A stretch of 64,000 nt of DNA, from contig OZ251456.1 in assembly GCA_965242545.1 (NCBI GenBank), positions 316,076 through 380,075 of the forward strand. Direction: 5' to 3'. This document shows positions 1-10,805 of this stretch, one piece after another. The notes beneath the pieces were generated by a model. It ran no database searches, was not told where the DNA came from, and worked only from the letters and a program-made list of their open reading frames with translations. Source of the DNA: a bacterium. GTDB lineage: Bacteria > UBA8248. The stretch's first letter is position 1, and the number at the start of each line of letters is the position of its first letter. Made by a program: the position numbers and the translations under genes.

Positions 1-178
1 ATTGCTAGCACGCCCGGCGCGGCCTGTCAAACCGGGGCGGGGCGGCGTCCGCCCGACGTTATTAACTTTCGGGCAACGCGATCGAAACGGGGCCGAAATA
101 ATTCCCGGATAGAAAAGAGAGGATTTTTTTCGTGAATCGAGGTTCTCGCGGGAGCCGAAACGCATCGGAGGAAGGGGC

Positions 179-1570
179 ATGAGAAGAAAAAACCTCTATA
201 TCGCGGCGGCGCTGACTTTCAGCGCGGGGGCGCTGGTCTTCGCCGCCGACGTCCGGGCGCAGGACGTCAAGGCCGTGGCCAGGAGCATCGCGGACCTGCG
301 GGTCGCGGCGGACACCATGTGGGTGATGGTGGCCGGCTTTCTGGTGTTCTGGATGCACGCTGGCTTCGCCATGCTCGAGTCGGGGCTCTGCCGGGCGAAG
401 AACGCCGTGGCCATCCTCTACAAGAATTTCGGCGTCGTGGCCGTCTCGTCCCTGGCGTTCTGGATGCTGGGCTTCGCCCTCATGTTCGGGGACGGCGGCG
501 CGATCCTCGGAACGAACGGCTTTTTCCTCTCGGGGGCGGACAACAGCCCGGCCACGGGAGATCTCTACAAGGGCGTTTTCTCCTCCCTCAACTGGACGGG
601 CGTGCCGCTCTACGCGAAGTTCTTCTTCCAGCTCGTGTTCGCGGCGACGGCGGCCACCATCGTTTCGGGCTGCGTGGCCGAGCGCATCAAGTTCTCCTCG
701 TTCATGATCTTCAGCTTCGCGCTCGTCGCCGTCGTCTACCCCATCCAGGGACACTGGATCTGGGGCGGCGGCTGGCTGGGCGGAATGGGCTTTCTCGACT
801 TCGCCGGCTCGACCGTGGTTCACTCCGTGGGCGGCTGGGCCGGGCTCGCCGGCATCATCGTTCTCGGCCCCCGGCTCGGAAAATACGGCGCCGACGGCCG
901 GATGCAGCCCATTCCCGGCCACAACATGCCGCTCGTCACCCTGGGCGGATTCATCCTGTGGCTCGGATGGTTCGGGTTCAACCCGGGCAGCACGATGGCC
1001 GCCGACCCGGGCGCCATCGCGCGCATCGCGGTGACGACGAACCTCGCCGCCGCGGCGGGCGTCACAGCCTCGAGCCTCACCTCCCGCGCCATGTTCGGCA
1101 AGGCGGATCTTTCCATGAGCGTGAACGGCGCGCTGGCGGGGCTGGTCGCCATCACGGCGCCGTGCGCCAACGTCACCCCGCTGGGGGCGGTCCTCATCGG
1201 CCTGGCCGCGGGCGTCATCGTGTGCGTCTCGGTTCCGTTCCTGGACAGGATCAGGATAGACGACCCGGTCGGCGCGGTCTCGGTTCACCTCGTGTGCGGC
1301 GTGTTCGGAACGCTGGCGCTCGGCCTGTTCGCCGCGCCCTCCATCGACGAGAGCGTCGCGGGGCTGTTCTACGGGGGCGGCGCGGGGCTGTTCATCAAGC
1401 AGCTGACGGGCGTCGTCTCGGTCGGCGCGTTCACCTTCGTCCTGTCCTTCATCCTCTGGCGCGTCGTGCGGGCCGCGATGGGCGTGCGCGTCTCCGCCGA
1501 GGAGGAATCGGCGGGTCTCGACCTCGCCGAGCACGGCATGGAGGCCTACGCGGGCGAGAGGCTGCTATAG
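179..1570 (+). CDS. amtB: Ammonium transporter (Amt family)
   Basis: 463-aa ORF with signal-like N-terminus and about 11 hydrophobic segments. Amt-typical motifs (FLVFWMHAGFAMLESG, DFAGSTVVH) are present, and it sits immediately upstream of a PII gene. RBS-like GGAGGAAGGGG precedes the ATG. Confidence 0.9.
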   Translation: MRRKNLYIAAALTFSAGALVFAADVRAQDVKAVARSIADLRVAADTMWVMVAGFLVFWMHAGFAMLESGLCRAKNAVAILYKNFGVVAVSSLAFWMLGFALMFGDGGAILGTNGFFLSGADNSPATGDLYKGVFSSLNWTGVPLYAKFFFQLVFAATAATIVSGCVAERIKFSSFMIFSFALVAVVYPIQGHWIWGGGWLGGMGFLDFAGSTVVHSVGGWAGLAGIIVLGPRLGKYGADGRMQPIPGHNMPLVTLGGFILWLGWFGFNPGSTMAADPGAIARIAVTTNLAAAAGVTASSLTSRAMFGKADLSMSVNGALAGLVAITAPCANVTPLGAVLIGLAAGVIVCVSVPFLDRIRIDDPVGAVSVHLVCGVFGTLALGLFAAPSIDESVAGLFYGGGAGLFIKQLTGVVSVGAFTFVLSFILWRVVRAAMGVRVSAEEESAGLDLAEHGMEAYAGERLL

Positions 1571-1626
1571 AAGAGCGGCCGCCTGCGCCGGATGAGTCCA
1601 TCCATCACCAATGAGAGGAAAGAACA

Positions 1627-1965
1627 ATGCGTTTGGTCACGGCGATCATCAAGCCATTCAGGCTGGAGAACGTGAAGGAGGCGCTGGGCGACGCCGGCGT
1701 GACGGGCATGACGGTGAGCGAGGTGAAGGGCTTCGGCCGCCAGAAGGGGCACACGGAACTCTATCGCGGCAGTGAATACGTGGTCGATTTCCTGCCGAAA
1801 ATCAAGGTCGAGGTGCTGACGCGGGACGCGAACGCCGACGCCGTCGTCGCGGCGATTTGCGAGGCGGCGAATTCGGGCCAGATAGGAGACGGCAAGATAT
1901 TCGTCCAGGCGGTGGAGGATTGCGCGCGCATCCGCACTGGCGACAGGGGCGACGACGCGCTCTAG
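1627..1965 (+). CDS. glnK: Nitrogen regulatory protein P-II (GlnK/GlnB family)
   Basis: 112-aa ORF MRLVTAIIKPFRLENVKEAL...GRQKGHTELYRGSEY, the canonical PII fold with a T-loop Tyr. Linkage to amtB is the basis for the glnK rather than glnB assignment. Confidence 0.9.
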   Translation: MRLVTAIIKPFRLENVKEALGDAGVTGMTVSEVKGFGRQKGHTELYRGSEYVVDFLPKIKVEVLTRDANADAVVAAICEAANSGQIGDGKIFVQAVEDCARIRTGDRGDDAL

Positions 1966-2087
1966 GCCGGTAGCCCCTCGCCGCCCCTCGCCCGGGATCC
2001 ATACGGGGGCGGGAAGGCGGGTGATCGCATGTTTCCGGGAATCCGCCGCCGGCCCCATTTCCGAAAAAGACAGGCGTCAACCATCAG

Positions 2088-2124
2088 GGCCGGCCCCGCT
2101 TCGGGGCCGGCTTCCTCGTTCTCC
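2088..2124 (+). terminator. Putative intrinsic terminator of amtB-glnK
   Basis: About 10-bp GC stem (GGCCGGCCCCG / CGGGGCCGGC) with a small loop, followed by a weak U-rich stretch TTCCTCGTTCTCC, roughly 120 nt after the glnK stop. Confidence 0.45.
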
Positions 2125-2217
2125 CCGTTTGTGAAGCCCGATTCTTTTTGATTCTCGATTGTGTCGGCCGGGGCGCTGAAGCCGCCGCTTGTCGGGCGGC
2201 CGCGGCGCGCCGAAAAA

Positions 2218-2281
2218 TTTAGGCGCGTCTAAAAATATGTTCTCGAAGGGTTGACTTTGTTTTCGCCGGACGCCTAGAATT
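2218..2281 (+). promoter_or_regulatory. Candidate sigma70-like promoter (TTGACT-N18-TAGAAT) with an upstream near-palindrome TTTAGGCGCGTCTAAA
   Basis: TTGACT at about 2252 and TAGAAT at about 2276, roughly 40 nt upstream of the 2320 start. A 16-bp imperfect palindrome at 2218-2233 could be an operator. Confidence 0.3.
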
Positions 2282-2319
2282 TCTCCGCTGACGTTTTTTC
2301 GACGCGGAGAACCGCCAAC

Positions 2320-4278
2320 ATGAGCCGTCATCCCGAAGCGACCGAAGAAAAAGCGGGCCCGACCGACCGGCGCCTTTCACCCGCGCCGGCGCTTCTCTTG
2401 GGCGTCGGTCTGCTCCTGACGACCTTCGGCGCGGCTTCGGCGCACGTCGTTCCTCCCGAGGAACTGCACCCGGCCGCCGAGAGCTACCGCCGCGCCGGCT
2501 TCATCCTGAACCTGAACCCGGTCGTCTGGCCGCAGGTCTGGCCCGACGTGAGGCGCGTCGGGAAAGTGCTCGAGGCCGTGAATCCCCAAGCAGCCGCGAG
2601 TTTCCGGAAGGAGCTCGCCGCCGCGAGGCGCGCGGCGCGGCCCGCCGCGAAAGACGGCGGGAAGCCGGACGCGACCGCCGCGCGCGAGAAGGGCCGGCGC
2701 CTGGTTTTCTCCCTGGCGACGCGGGGCGTTTCCGCGCTTCTCGTCTCCCATCTGGATCGAATCAAGGCGAATTCCGGGAGGGCGGAGGTCGAAAGCCGCC
2801 TGAACGAGGCGCGAAGAATTTCCCGGGCCTTCAGCGAGACCCTGCCGCATCTCGATCCCGCCGGCTGGAAGCGAATGGAAATCCATTGGCTGGAGGCGCG
2901 CTCCCATCTGGGGGCGGCCGGCGTGCTGGGCGCCGGCGCGCGGCCGATGAATCTGGAGAAAATTCGTGAAAATCTCTCCTTCATCCGCCGGTATTTCCAC
3001 TCGAATTTCTCGGACTTCCGGGCCGGCGGACGGAATTGGCTGCTCCCCCGGCCGAGGGCGAGCGCGACGTATATCGAGACGGCGAAGGTTCCGCGGCGGC
3101 TCCCGCCCGGCGCCGACGTCAACAAGCAGCTGCCGCGCCCCCGGCAGATTCTCGGAATGGCGGAGCGCGGGGCGAACGAGGCGGAGACCTTTCTCATCGC
3201 CCTGGGAGACATGGCCTTCGACAGCCCGGAGATATTCGGCGAGCCGGCGCGCGGTCTCGGAATCAGCTGCAACACCTGCCACAACAAGGGGGTGACGAAT
3301 CCCAACCTGTTCATCCCGGGGCTCTCCCTCCGAAGGGGGGGGGTGGACGTATCCAACAGCTTCTTCGCCGGCCACGCCAACAACGGCCTGCGCGATCCGC
3401 TGGATACGCCCGACCTGAGAGGCATCCGCTTCACGGCGCCCTACGGCAGGAACGGCCGCTTCGCCTCGCTGCGGGAGTTCGCGCGCAACGTCATCGTCAA
3501 CGAGTTCGACGGGCCGGAGCCGGACCCGATGCTGCTGGACGGCCTGGTCGCCTACATGAACGAGTTCGAGTTCCTGCCGAATCCGAAGCTGCGGAAAAGC
3601 GGAAGGCTCGACCCTGCGAAAGTCTCCAAAGCGGCGCTTCGGGGCGAGAAGATATTTCATCGGAAATTCCCCCGGATGATGGGCGGCGTGAGCTGCGCGA
3701 CCTGCCACGTTCCGGGCGCGAATTTCCTGGACCACAAGCGGCACGACATCGGCTCCGCCGGAAAGGAGGGGGCCTTCCGCGCGGGGGGACTGGACACGCC
3801 CACCCTGCTCTCCTCCAGGTTCACGGCCCCTTATTTTCACGACGGAAGCCTGCCCACGCTGAGGGCGGTGAACGAGTGGTTCAACGAATCCTTCGGGCTG
3901 GGCCTGAGCCGGCGGGATATCGATGACCTCACCGCTTATCTCGAAGCCGTGGGAGACGGCGTGGACGGGATGGAGGAGACGGTTCACACGCTGGACGCGG
4001 AGCTGGAGGAGTTCAAATTTTTCCTCTCCACCTATGAGCGTCTGAAGCGCAGAAAGAAAAAGGGGCTGATCGCCATCCTGCTGAAGACCGTGGCGCGCGA
4101 GGTGCGCGTCCACAAGTGGGACGTTCAGGACAAGAGCGGCCTGCCGATTCTCGACGAGATGGAGAAGCGGCTGGACGAGGCCCTGGCCGCGCACCTCGCC
4201 GGCGACGAGAGGACGACCGACGGCAAGCTGGCGGCCTACCGCGCCCTTTACGAGAAAAACGCGGACAGACTGAAATGA
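2320..4278 (+). CDS. Di-heme cytochrome c peroxidase family protein (CCP/MauG-like) with ~290-aa N-terminal extension
   Basis: Two CxxCH heme motifs (CNTCH, CATCH) spaced as in bacterial CCPs, and CCP-like conserved blocks (RFTAPYGRNGRFASL, FTAPYFHDGSLPTL). Signal/TM segment near the N-terminus. Confidence 0.75.
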   Translation: MSRHPEATEEKAGPTDRRLSPAPALLLGVGLLLTTFGAASAHVVPPEELHPAAESYRRAGFILNLNPVVWPQVWPDVRRVGKVLEAVNPQAAASFRKELAAARRAARPAAKDGGKPDATAAREKGRRLVFSLATRGVSALLVSHLDRIKANSGRAEVESRLNEARRISRAFSETLPHLDPAGWKRMEIHWLEARSHLGAAGVLGAGARPMNLEKIRENLSFIRRYFHSNFSDFRAGGRNWLLPRPRASATYIETAKVPRRLPPGADVNKQLPRPRQILGMAERGANEAETFLIALGDMAFDSPEIFGEPARGLGISCNTCHNKGVTNPNLFIPGLSLRRGGVDVSNSFFAGHANNGLRDPLDTPDLRGIRFTAPYGRNGRFASLREFARNVIVNEFDGPEPDPMLLDGLVAYMNEFEFLPNPKLRKSGRLDPAKVSKAALRGEKIFHRKFPRMMGGVSCATCHVPGANFLDHKRHDIGSAGKEGAFRAGGLDTPTLLSSRFTAPYFHDGSLPTLRAVNEWFNESFGLGLSRRDIDDLTAYLEAVGDGVDGMEETVHTLDAELEEFKFFLSTYERLKRRKKKGLIAILLKTVAREVRVHKWDVQDKSGLPILDEMEKRLDEALAAHLAGDERTTDGKLAAYRALYEKNADRLK

Positions 4279-5186
4279 GGGACGCCATGCGCTTCGCCCG
4301 GAAATTCTTCCCGTTCTTCTTGCCGGGGCCGGCTCTCCTCGCGGCTTTCATGCTGCTGGCCGCTCCGGGCTCTTCGGCGGCGGGCGAGGGGGCGCTGCGG
4401 ATCGCGTTCATTCCGATCGAGAATCCCGAGAAGCTCATCAGCGACGTCCGGCCCGCGATGAAATTCCTCGAGCGGGAAATGGGGCGGAAGGTCCGCCATT
4501 TCATCACCCTGAGCTACTCGGCGGCGGTGGAGGCGATGGTCTCCGAAAAGGCGGACGTCAGCTTCATGTCGCCGCTGCCCTACGTTCTGGCGAACAGGCG
4601 CGCGGGGGTCGAGGCCGTTCTCGGCGAGATATACGACGGGAAGCCTTACTATCATTCCCGGATCTTCGTCCGGAGGGACGGCGGCGTGAAGAAGCTCTCC
4701 GACCTCCGGGGCGGGACCATCGCCTACGTCGATCCCATTTCGAGCTCCGGCTTCATGTACCCCCACGATCTGTTCGTCCGCGCCGGCCTCGTCAGGGGCG
4801 GGGCGGAGAAGCCCGAGGGCGGGTTCTTCCGCAGGGTCTATTTCGCGGGCGGGGATCAGCAGGCGATCGGCGCGGTGCTGGGCGGCTTCGTGGACGCCGC
4901 CGGCGTCAGCCAATACGCCCTCAATCTCCTCCGCCCGGAACAGCGCGGCCAAATCGTCGCCATCGGGCGGTCCGCCCGAATCCCCAGCCACAACGTGGTG
5001 GTTCGCAAGGGGCTGGCGCCCGAGGTCAGGCGAAAGTTCATCGCGGCGATGATGAAGCTGAACCGGCCGGAGCATCGCGCGCTTCGGCGGGTCTTATACG
5101 GGACGGACGGCTACGTCAGGGTCGGCGGCGGCCATTACGAGGCGGTGGCCGCCATGGCCCGCAAATATGGCTTTTTGAAGGAGTAG
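4275..5186 (+). CDS. phnD: Phosphonate ABC transporter substrate-binding protein
   Basis: Signal peptide followed by a PhnD-like sequence (LRIAFIPIENPEKL...YYHSRIFVRRD...GFMYPHDLF). ATGA overlap with the upstream stop. Followed by phnC and phnE. Confidence 0.8.
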   Translation: MRDAMRFARKFFPFFLPGPALLAAFMLLAAPGSSAAGEGALRIAFIPIENPEKLISDVRPAMKFLEREMGRKVRHFITLSYSAAVEAMVSEKADVSFMSPLPYVLANRRAGVEAVLGEIYDGKPYYHSRIFVRRDGGVKKLSDLRGGTIAYVDPISSSGFMYPHDLFVRAGLVRGGAEKPEGGFFRRVYFAGGDQQAIGAVLGGFVDAAGVSQYALNLLRPEQRGQIVAIGRSARIPSHNVVVRKGLAPEVRRKFIAAMMKLNRPEHRALRRVLYGTDGYVRVGGGHYEAVAAMARKYGFLKE

Positions 5187-5190
5187 GGAA

Positions 5191-6036
<846 letters not shown>

Positions 6037-6753
6037 CGCGCTTCTTGTCTGGTCGTTTCGGGGCTCCGAGTTCTCGATCGGTCAATTCTGGCGCGGGATT
6101 CCCCAGCTGCTTCACTTCTTCGGCCGGATGGCGCCGCCGGACTGGTCGGTGTGGGACGTTCTGGCGGCCTCGGCGGTCGAGACGCTGCAAACCACCATCG
6201 CGGGCACGTTTCTGGGCGCGTTGTTCGCCTATCCTCTGGGCGTGCTGGCGGCCTCGAACTGGACGCCGGCCTGGGTGCATCTCCCCGTCAAGGCGTTCAT
6301 GGCGTTCATCCGCTCCATTCCGCTCCTGCTTCTCGCCCTGCTGTTCGTCTCCGCCGTGGGGCTCGGCCCCTTTCCCGGCGCGCTCGCGCTGGCGGCGCAC
6401 TCCGTCGGCGCGCTGGGCAGGTTCGTGGCGGAGGAGATCGAGGCGACCGACCCCGGACCCATGCTCGCCCTCCGGGGGACGGGCGCCTCCTCCGCGCAGG
6501 TCATTCAGCACGGCCTCATCCCCCAGGTGCTTCCGCAGATGGTCGCCCACCTCGCCATCCGCTTCGAGATGAACCTGCGCGACTCCACGATTCTGGGCCT
6601 AGTCGGCGCGGGCGGGCTGGGGTTTTACGTGTTCCTGTACGTCAAGCAGTTCCAGTGGCAGAAGTCGGGCGTGCTGGTGCTGGCCATCATCGCGCTGGTC
6701 TTCGCGGGCGAGTTCGCCGCCTGGCAGGTGCGAAAGCGGTTGATCTAGCCTAA

Positions 6754-6951
6754 TCAATTACCCCAACGTTCTTTTTCATACTTACTTTGATCTTCTCGGT
6801 TGAGCGGTTGCGATGAACAGTCTGCTCGAACAAAAAAATCTTGCTTGTCCTCAAATTTCGTGAAAACCGGTTTGCCACTTCGGGCTACCTTGATATGGCA
6901 AATTTCACAATCGTCATATATCGGGGTTAATTCTGGCTTGTAGCTCTTCAT
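6754..6951 (-). CDS. Small hypothetical protein (65 aa) in low-GC islet
   Basis: ORF overlapping the 3' end of the GmrSD-like gene. It has a low-GC composition like the islet, contains Cys/His (CEICH), and has no recognisable domain. Confidence 0.2.
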   Translation of the reverse strand: MKSYKPELTPIYDDCEICHIKVARSGKPVFTKFEDKQDFFVRADCSSQPLNREDQSKYEKERWGN

Positions 6952-8539
6952 ATATCCGCTCAGATCTGGCTTTCAGAAATGTGTCGTAATCATTGCTTTC
7001 AATTCCAAATCCGGCCAGATCAATGAAATGGGAATTTAATGCCTTATTGATCTCGGTGTTTTCATCTTGGAAAGTGCTGATATAGCTAGATGGTGCCTGC
7101 GCTTTGATTTTCTGTTTATTGAGACGTTCGCTAACCAGGGTTATATTGACCAAACTGTCGCTGTTGGAGGCATCAGCCTTGTTCTTTAAGTAAGCTTTGG
7201 GGAAGAAGTGATGATAATTCCTGCTGCTCGCTCTCTTCAGCCACGAGTTATCAAGAATTACTTTACCGCTATCTTGGAAGTCTTTCGGTTCTTGGGATGC
7301 CAGCAAACACAGAACTGCTTTACAGTAGCTGTTTCCTGCGCGGAAATTTGTATCAATCAAAGACTGCGGAGAGTCGAGATGGACTTTAATATCGCCATAA
7401 TCGGGCCGTTCATTAGCCAATATACGATCGATCCTTCTAGTGTCTTGAGCTAGTTTTGATTCCGTTGAGCTTGAATAACGACCTGACAAAGCCATGCGCC
7501 AGAAAAACTCTTGGAGATATTTTCGTTGGCGGGCCGTGGGTTCCTTCTTGTTCTGATAAAAGAAATACGCAAAAGGCACCAGCAAAAAATCGTATGGAAG
7601 TAGTTGCGATACCGGAATATGGTACTTGGTTCTGAAATACTCGATGCTGTCTTTGAGAGCGGAAATCGTCCCATCCCAATGATCGATGATAGATTGCTTG
7701 TCTAGCGCCAAAATAGTTTTACGCTTGCATTCCTTGGTGCGACTTAATGTCAATGATAGCAAATTTAGAATGACCGTGCTGGAAATACCTTCATATTCAA
7801 CATTTTCTAGGTCTTTGACGAAGCTCTTCCACTTCACTTGCATGTCAAATTTTTGGGCTTCGTCATAGGTTTTTGCAGACATGATTTCAAAGAGCGTAAG
7901 AGTTTGTCCGCTTGTGTTAATGCGAGTGAATACTTCGATTGCCGAGTCTATATCTTCTTTTCGCAAAACTACCGTTGAAAATTCGTAAGTCTTGAACGCC
8001 TCTGAATATGTGCCAACGGTTTTTAGCTCCTCGTGACTTAATCCATAATGTTTCCGAAGTTCTTCGCCGTCCGCAATGCCGGAAGTCAAAACTTTATGGA
8101 GCGATAGATATTTATTCCCTGTTGGTTCGGAAGTTATTATCTGATCGTCATTTTCGCAGTCGAGATTGACGACGATGTCGCGGTAATTGGTGGTCTTACT
8201 TTCGTCGCGCTTTGGTATTTCGGCGCCACGATAGGCGGCGAAGAGCGCCGTGATACGTTGCTGGCCGTCAAGTACATACTGGACCTTATTTCCTGCTCGT
8301 GTATGGGGAATTTTCAAATTGCCGACATTTCTGATATCGTTGAGACGCTGATCGGTTTCCCAAAGAATGAAGGTGCCGATTGGATAACCTTTAAGAATGC
8401 TGTCCAGTAATTTAGCGGTTTGCTCTATGCTCCAGACAGATTCGCGCTAGAATTTCGGAATTTTGATAATTCCTTTCTCAATTTCATAGATCAAATCAGA
8501 GTAGCCCTTTGAAGCTGGTTTTGGTTGTTCATGGCTCAT
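6914..8539 (-). pseudogene. GmrSD-like type IV restriction endonuclease (DUF262 N-terminal ParB-like domain plus DUF1524 HNH-like C-terminus), interrupted by an in-frame amber codon
   Basis: DGQQR motif and C-terminal HHFFPKAYL (DUF1524-like His-Me finger). Translation from ATG 8537-8539 reads MSHEQPKPASKGYSDLIYEIEKGIIKIPKF-TAG-RESVWSIEQTAKLLDSILKGYPIGTF. The TAG at 8447-8449 sits where the family has Gln in the conserved IP.FQR motif. The track ORF instead restarts at a TTG at 8317. GC is about 40%, against about 67% in the flanks. Confidence 0.6.
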
Positions 8540-8697
8540 GTCGAAATGATCCCTTTTGGGTTCAAGTGGGGATTGATCTGAATCGTTTTCAAAATACTTG
8601 GATTCCCGTTTATACTCCCTTCAAACGCCTTTTGATAATGTGGCGGGTCAACGCTTCTTCATCCAATCTTCGGCTTGGCCGAAGCGGGAGAAAACCC

Positions 8698-10377
8698 ATG
8701 GATACCCTGATCAGCCTCCTGAACGAGGCGGCGGCGAAATTTCCCGATTCCGTCGCTCTGGAGGGCGAGGTGGAGGGGCGGGGGCGCGTCGCTCTCACGA
8801 GGGCGGATTTGATCGGGCGCGCGTCCGCCCTGGCGCGGGCGCTGCTGGAGGCGGGCGTGAAGCCGGGGGACATGGTCGCCCTCCTGGCGCCGAACCAGCC
8901 GGAATGGGCGGTGGGCTATTTCGGCGCGCTGCTGGCGGGCGGCGTTCTCGCGCCGCTGGACGTGAACCTGAAGGACGGCGAACTCGCGAACGTTCTGGAG
9001 AGGGCGCGGCCCGTCCTTCTGCTGACGGACGCCGGGCAGGAGGCGCGCGCCGCCGCCCTGGCGGGAGGCGCCTCGTCGGCCTGCGGGACGCTGCGCTTCG
9101 ACGAGGAGAGGGAGGCCGTCCCCGGCGCATCGCCCGAGGAGCTTCCCGGCGCGGGGCGGGGGGCGGACGATCTCGCGCTCATCTCGTTTTCATCGGGAAC
9201 GACGGGCGCGCCCAAGGGCGTGATGCTCTCTCACGGGAACATCGCCTCCAACGTGCGCGCCGTGCTCGGAACGTTCGAGGCGGGGGAGGGGGACGTCTTT
9301 CTCTCGATTCTGCCGCTTCACCACATGTTCGAGAGCACGGGCGGCCTGCTGATACCCCTGATGAGCGGCGCCAGGGTGCATTATCTCTCCTCGCTGAATC
9401 CGCGCCTCATCTCGGACGCCATGCGGAGCGAGGGCATCACCATCTGCCTGATGGTGCCGGCGCTCGCGCGGCTCATCCACAAGCGCATTTTCTCGAACGT
9501 CGAAGCCCTGACGGGGGCGAAGAAGATGGTTTTCCGCCTCCTTTTCGCGGTTTCCGGGCTTTGCCTGTCGATGGGCCGGCGCGTCGGGCGGTTCCTGTTT
9601 CCGCGGGTGAAGAAAAGCCTCGGCGAGCATCTGCGCTATTTCGTGAGCGGGGGCGCCGCGCTCGATCCGGCGGTCGCCCGCGATTTGCTCGTCCTGGGAA
9701 TCGAGGTGATTCAGGGATACGGGCTGACGGAGACCTCTCCCATCACCCACGCGAATCCGCCGGGAGCGCGCAACAGAATCGGAACCGTCGGCCCGCCGAT
9801 ACCGGGCGTGGAGGCGCGGGTCGAGCCCGTGGAGGGAGCGGACGCCGGCGAGGGAGAAGTCCTCATCCGCGGGCCGAACGTGATGCGGGGCTATTTCGAG
9901 AACCCGCGGATGACGGCCGAAGTCCTGCGGGAGGGCTGGTTTCGCACCGGAGACATCGGCCGGCTGGACGAGGCGGGCTACCTCACCATCTGCGGCCGCT
10001 CGAAGAACGTCATCGTCTCCGAATCGGGCCGGAACGTCTATCCCGAAGAGGTGGAGGAGCATTTTCTGAAAAGCGAATGGTTCCGGGAGGTCTGCGTCCT
10101 GGGGAGGAAAACCCCGCGCGGCGGGGAGGAGGCGTTCGCCGTCCTCGCGCTCGACCCCGAGGCGGCCGGCCTGCCGGAAGGAGAGGAGGAGCGGGCGGCG
10201 CTGGCTGACGCCGAACTGAAGCGCCTGGGCGCGCAGCTGGCGGACTACAAGAGGCCGACCGGCTTTTTTCTCTGGCCCGACGAGGAACTGCCCAGAACCA
10301 CGACGCGCAAACACAAGCGCGAGGACATCAAGGCGATTCTGAGGGCGCGGCCCGAATTTTCCCCGGAGGATTTCTGA
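8698..10377 (+). CDS. Long-chain fatty acid-CoA ligase (AMP-binding enzyme family)
   Basis: AMP-binding signature SFSSGTTGAPKGVMLSH, and the YGLTE and TGDIGR...GYL motifs. Start taken at ATG 8698 (MDTLISLL). Confidence 0.85.
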   Translation: MDTLISLLNEAAAKFPDSVALEGEVEGRGRVALTRADLIGRASALARALLEAGVKPGDMVALLAPNQPEWAVGYFGALLAGGVLAPLDVNLKDGELANVLERARPVLLLTDAGQEARAAALAGGASSACGTLRFDEEREAVPGASPEELPGAGRGADDLALISFSSGTTGAPKGVMLSHGNIASNVRAVLGTFEAGEGDVFLSILPLHHMFESTGGLLIPLMSGARVHYLSSLNPRLISDAMRSEGITICLMVPALARLIHKRIFSNVEALTGAKKMVFRLLFAVSGLCLSMGRRVGRFLFPRVKKSLGEHLRYFVSGGAALDPAVARDLLVLGIEVIQGYGLTETSPITHANPPGARNRIGTVGPPIPGVEARVEPVEGADAGEGEVLIRGPNVMRGYFENPRMTAEVLREGWFRTGDIGRLDEAGYLTICGRSKNVIVSESGRNVYPEEVEEHFLKSEWFREVCVLGRKTPRGGEEAFAVLALDPEAAGLPEGEEERAALADAELKRLGAQLADYKRPTGFFLWPDEELPRTTTRKHKREDIKAILRARPEFSPEDF

Positions 10378-10517
10378 TCCATCGGGGAGAGGGAGACGCC
10401 TTTCGGGAAGCGTTCGCCGGGTTCGTTCTCACGGCGCTTGATGTGATTTCGACGCGGCGCGCTTTCTTTTGACGCGCTGTCGAAAATGGACTATGCGGGT
10501 TCCTTTTTGAGGGAGTT

Positions 10518-10805
10518 TTGACCGTGAGCGGATCCAGACCTCGCTCGATATGGACGGTTGCCGAGGCCAAGGCGCGGCTGTCGGAAATCCTGCGCCTCTC
10601 CGAAGAGGAAGGGCCGCAGCGCATCGGCGTGAGGAGGGCTTTCGTGGTGGCGCCGGAGCGCGCGTGGCGAAAGCGCGCGCCGGGTCGCCGCGATCCCTTG
10701 GGACGGTGGCTCGTTGACAACGTGCCGCGCGGCGCCGCTCTTGAAGCCCCGGACCGCCGCGAACCCGGCCGCGAGGTTCCGTTCCTGAAGACGGATGGTG
10801 AATGA
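10518..10805 (+). CDS. vapB: Type II antitoxin (VapB/Phd-like)
   Basis: 95-aa ORF immediately upstream of a PIN-domain gene with a 4-bp overlap. Contains an antitoxin-like N-terminal motif (AEAKARLSEIL). Confidence 0.65.
   Translation: MTVSGSRPRSIWTVAEAKARLSEILRLSEEEGPQRIGVRRAFVVAPERAWRKRAPGRRDPLGRWLVDNVPRGAALEAPDRREPGREVPFLKTDGE

Noticed and set aside
1-178. Sigma-54 / NtrC-type promoter upstream of amtB
   Set aside because: Expected biologically, but I could not find a convincing TGGCAC-N5-TTGC element by eye. I did not report an unsupported site.
62-1534. 490-aa minus-strand ORF across the start of the window
   Set aside because: Antisense to the clearly genuine amtB gene. Arg/Gly/Asp-rich low-complexity translation typical of GC-rich antisense frames.
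8447-8449. Amber codon in the GmrSD-like gene as a pyrrolysine codon
   Set aside because: Pyl decoding requires pylTSBCD, is rare in bacteria, and is essentially confined to methylamine methyltransferase contexts. The site aligns to a conserved Gln, so a CAG-to-TAG nonsense mutation is far more parsimonious.
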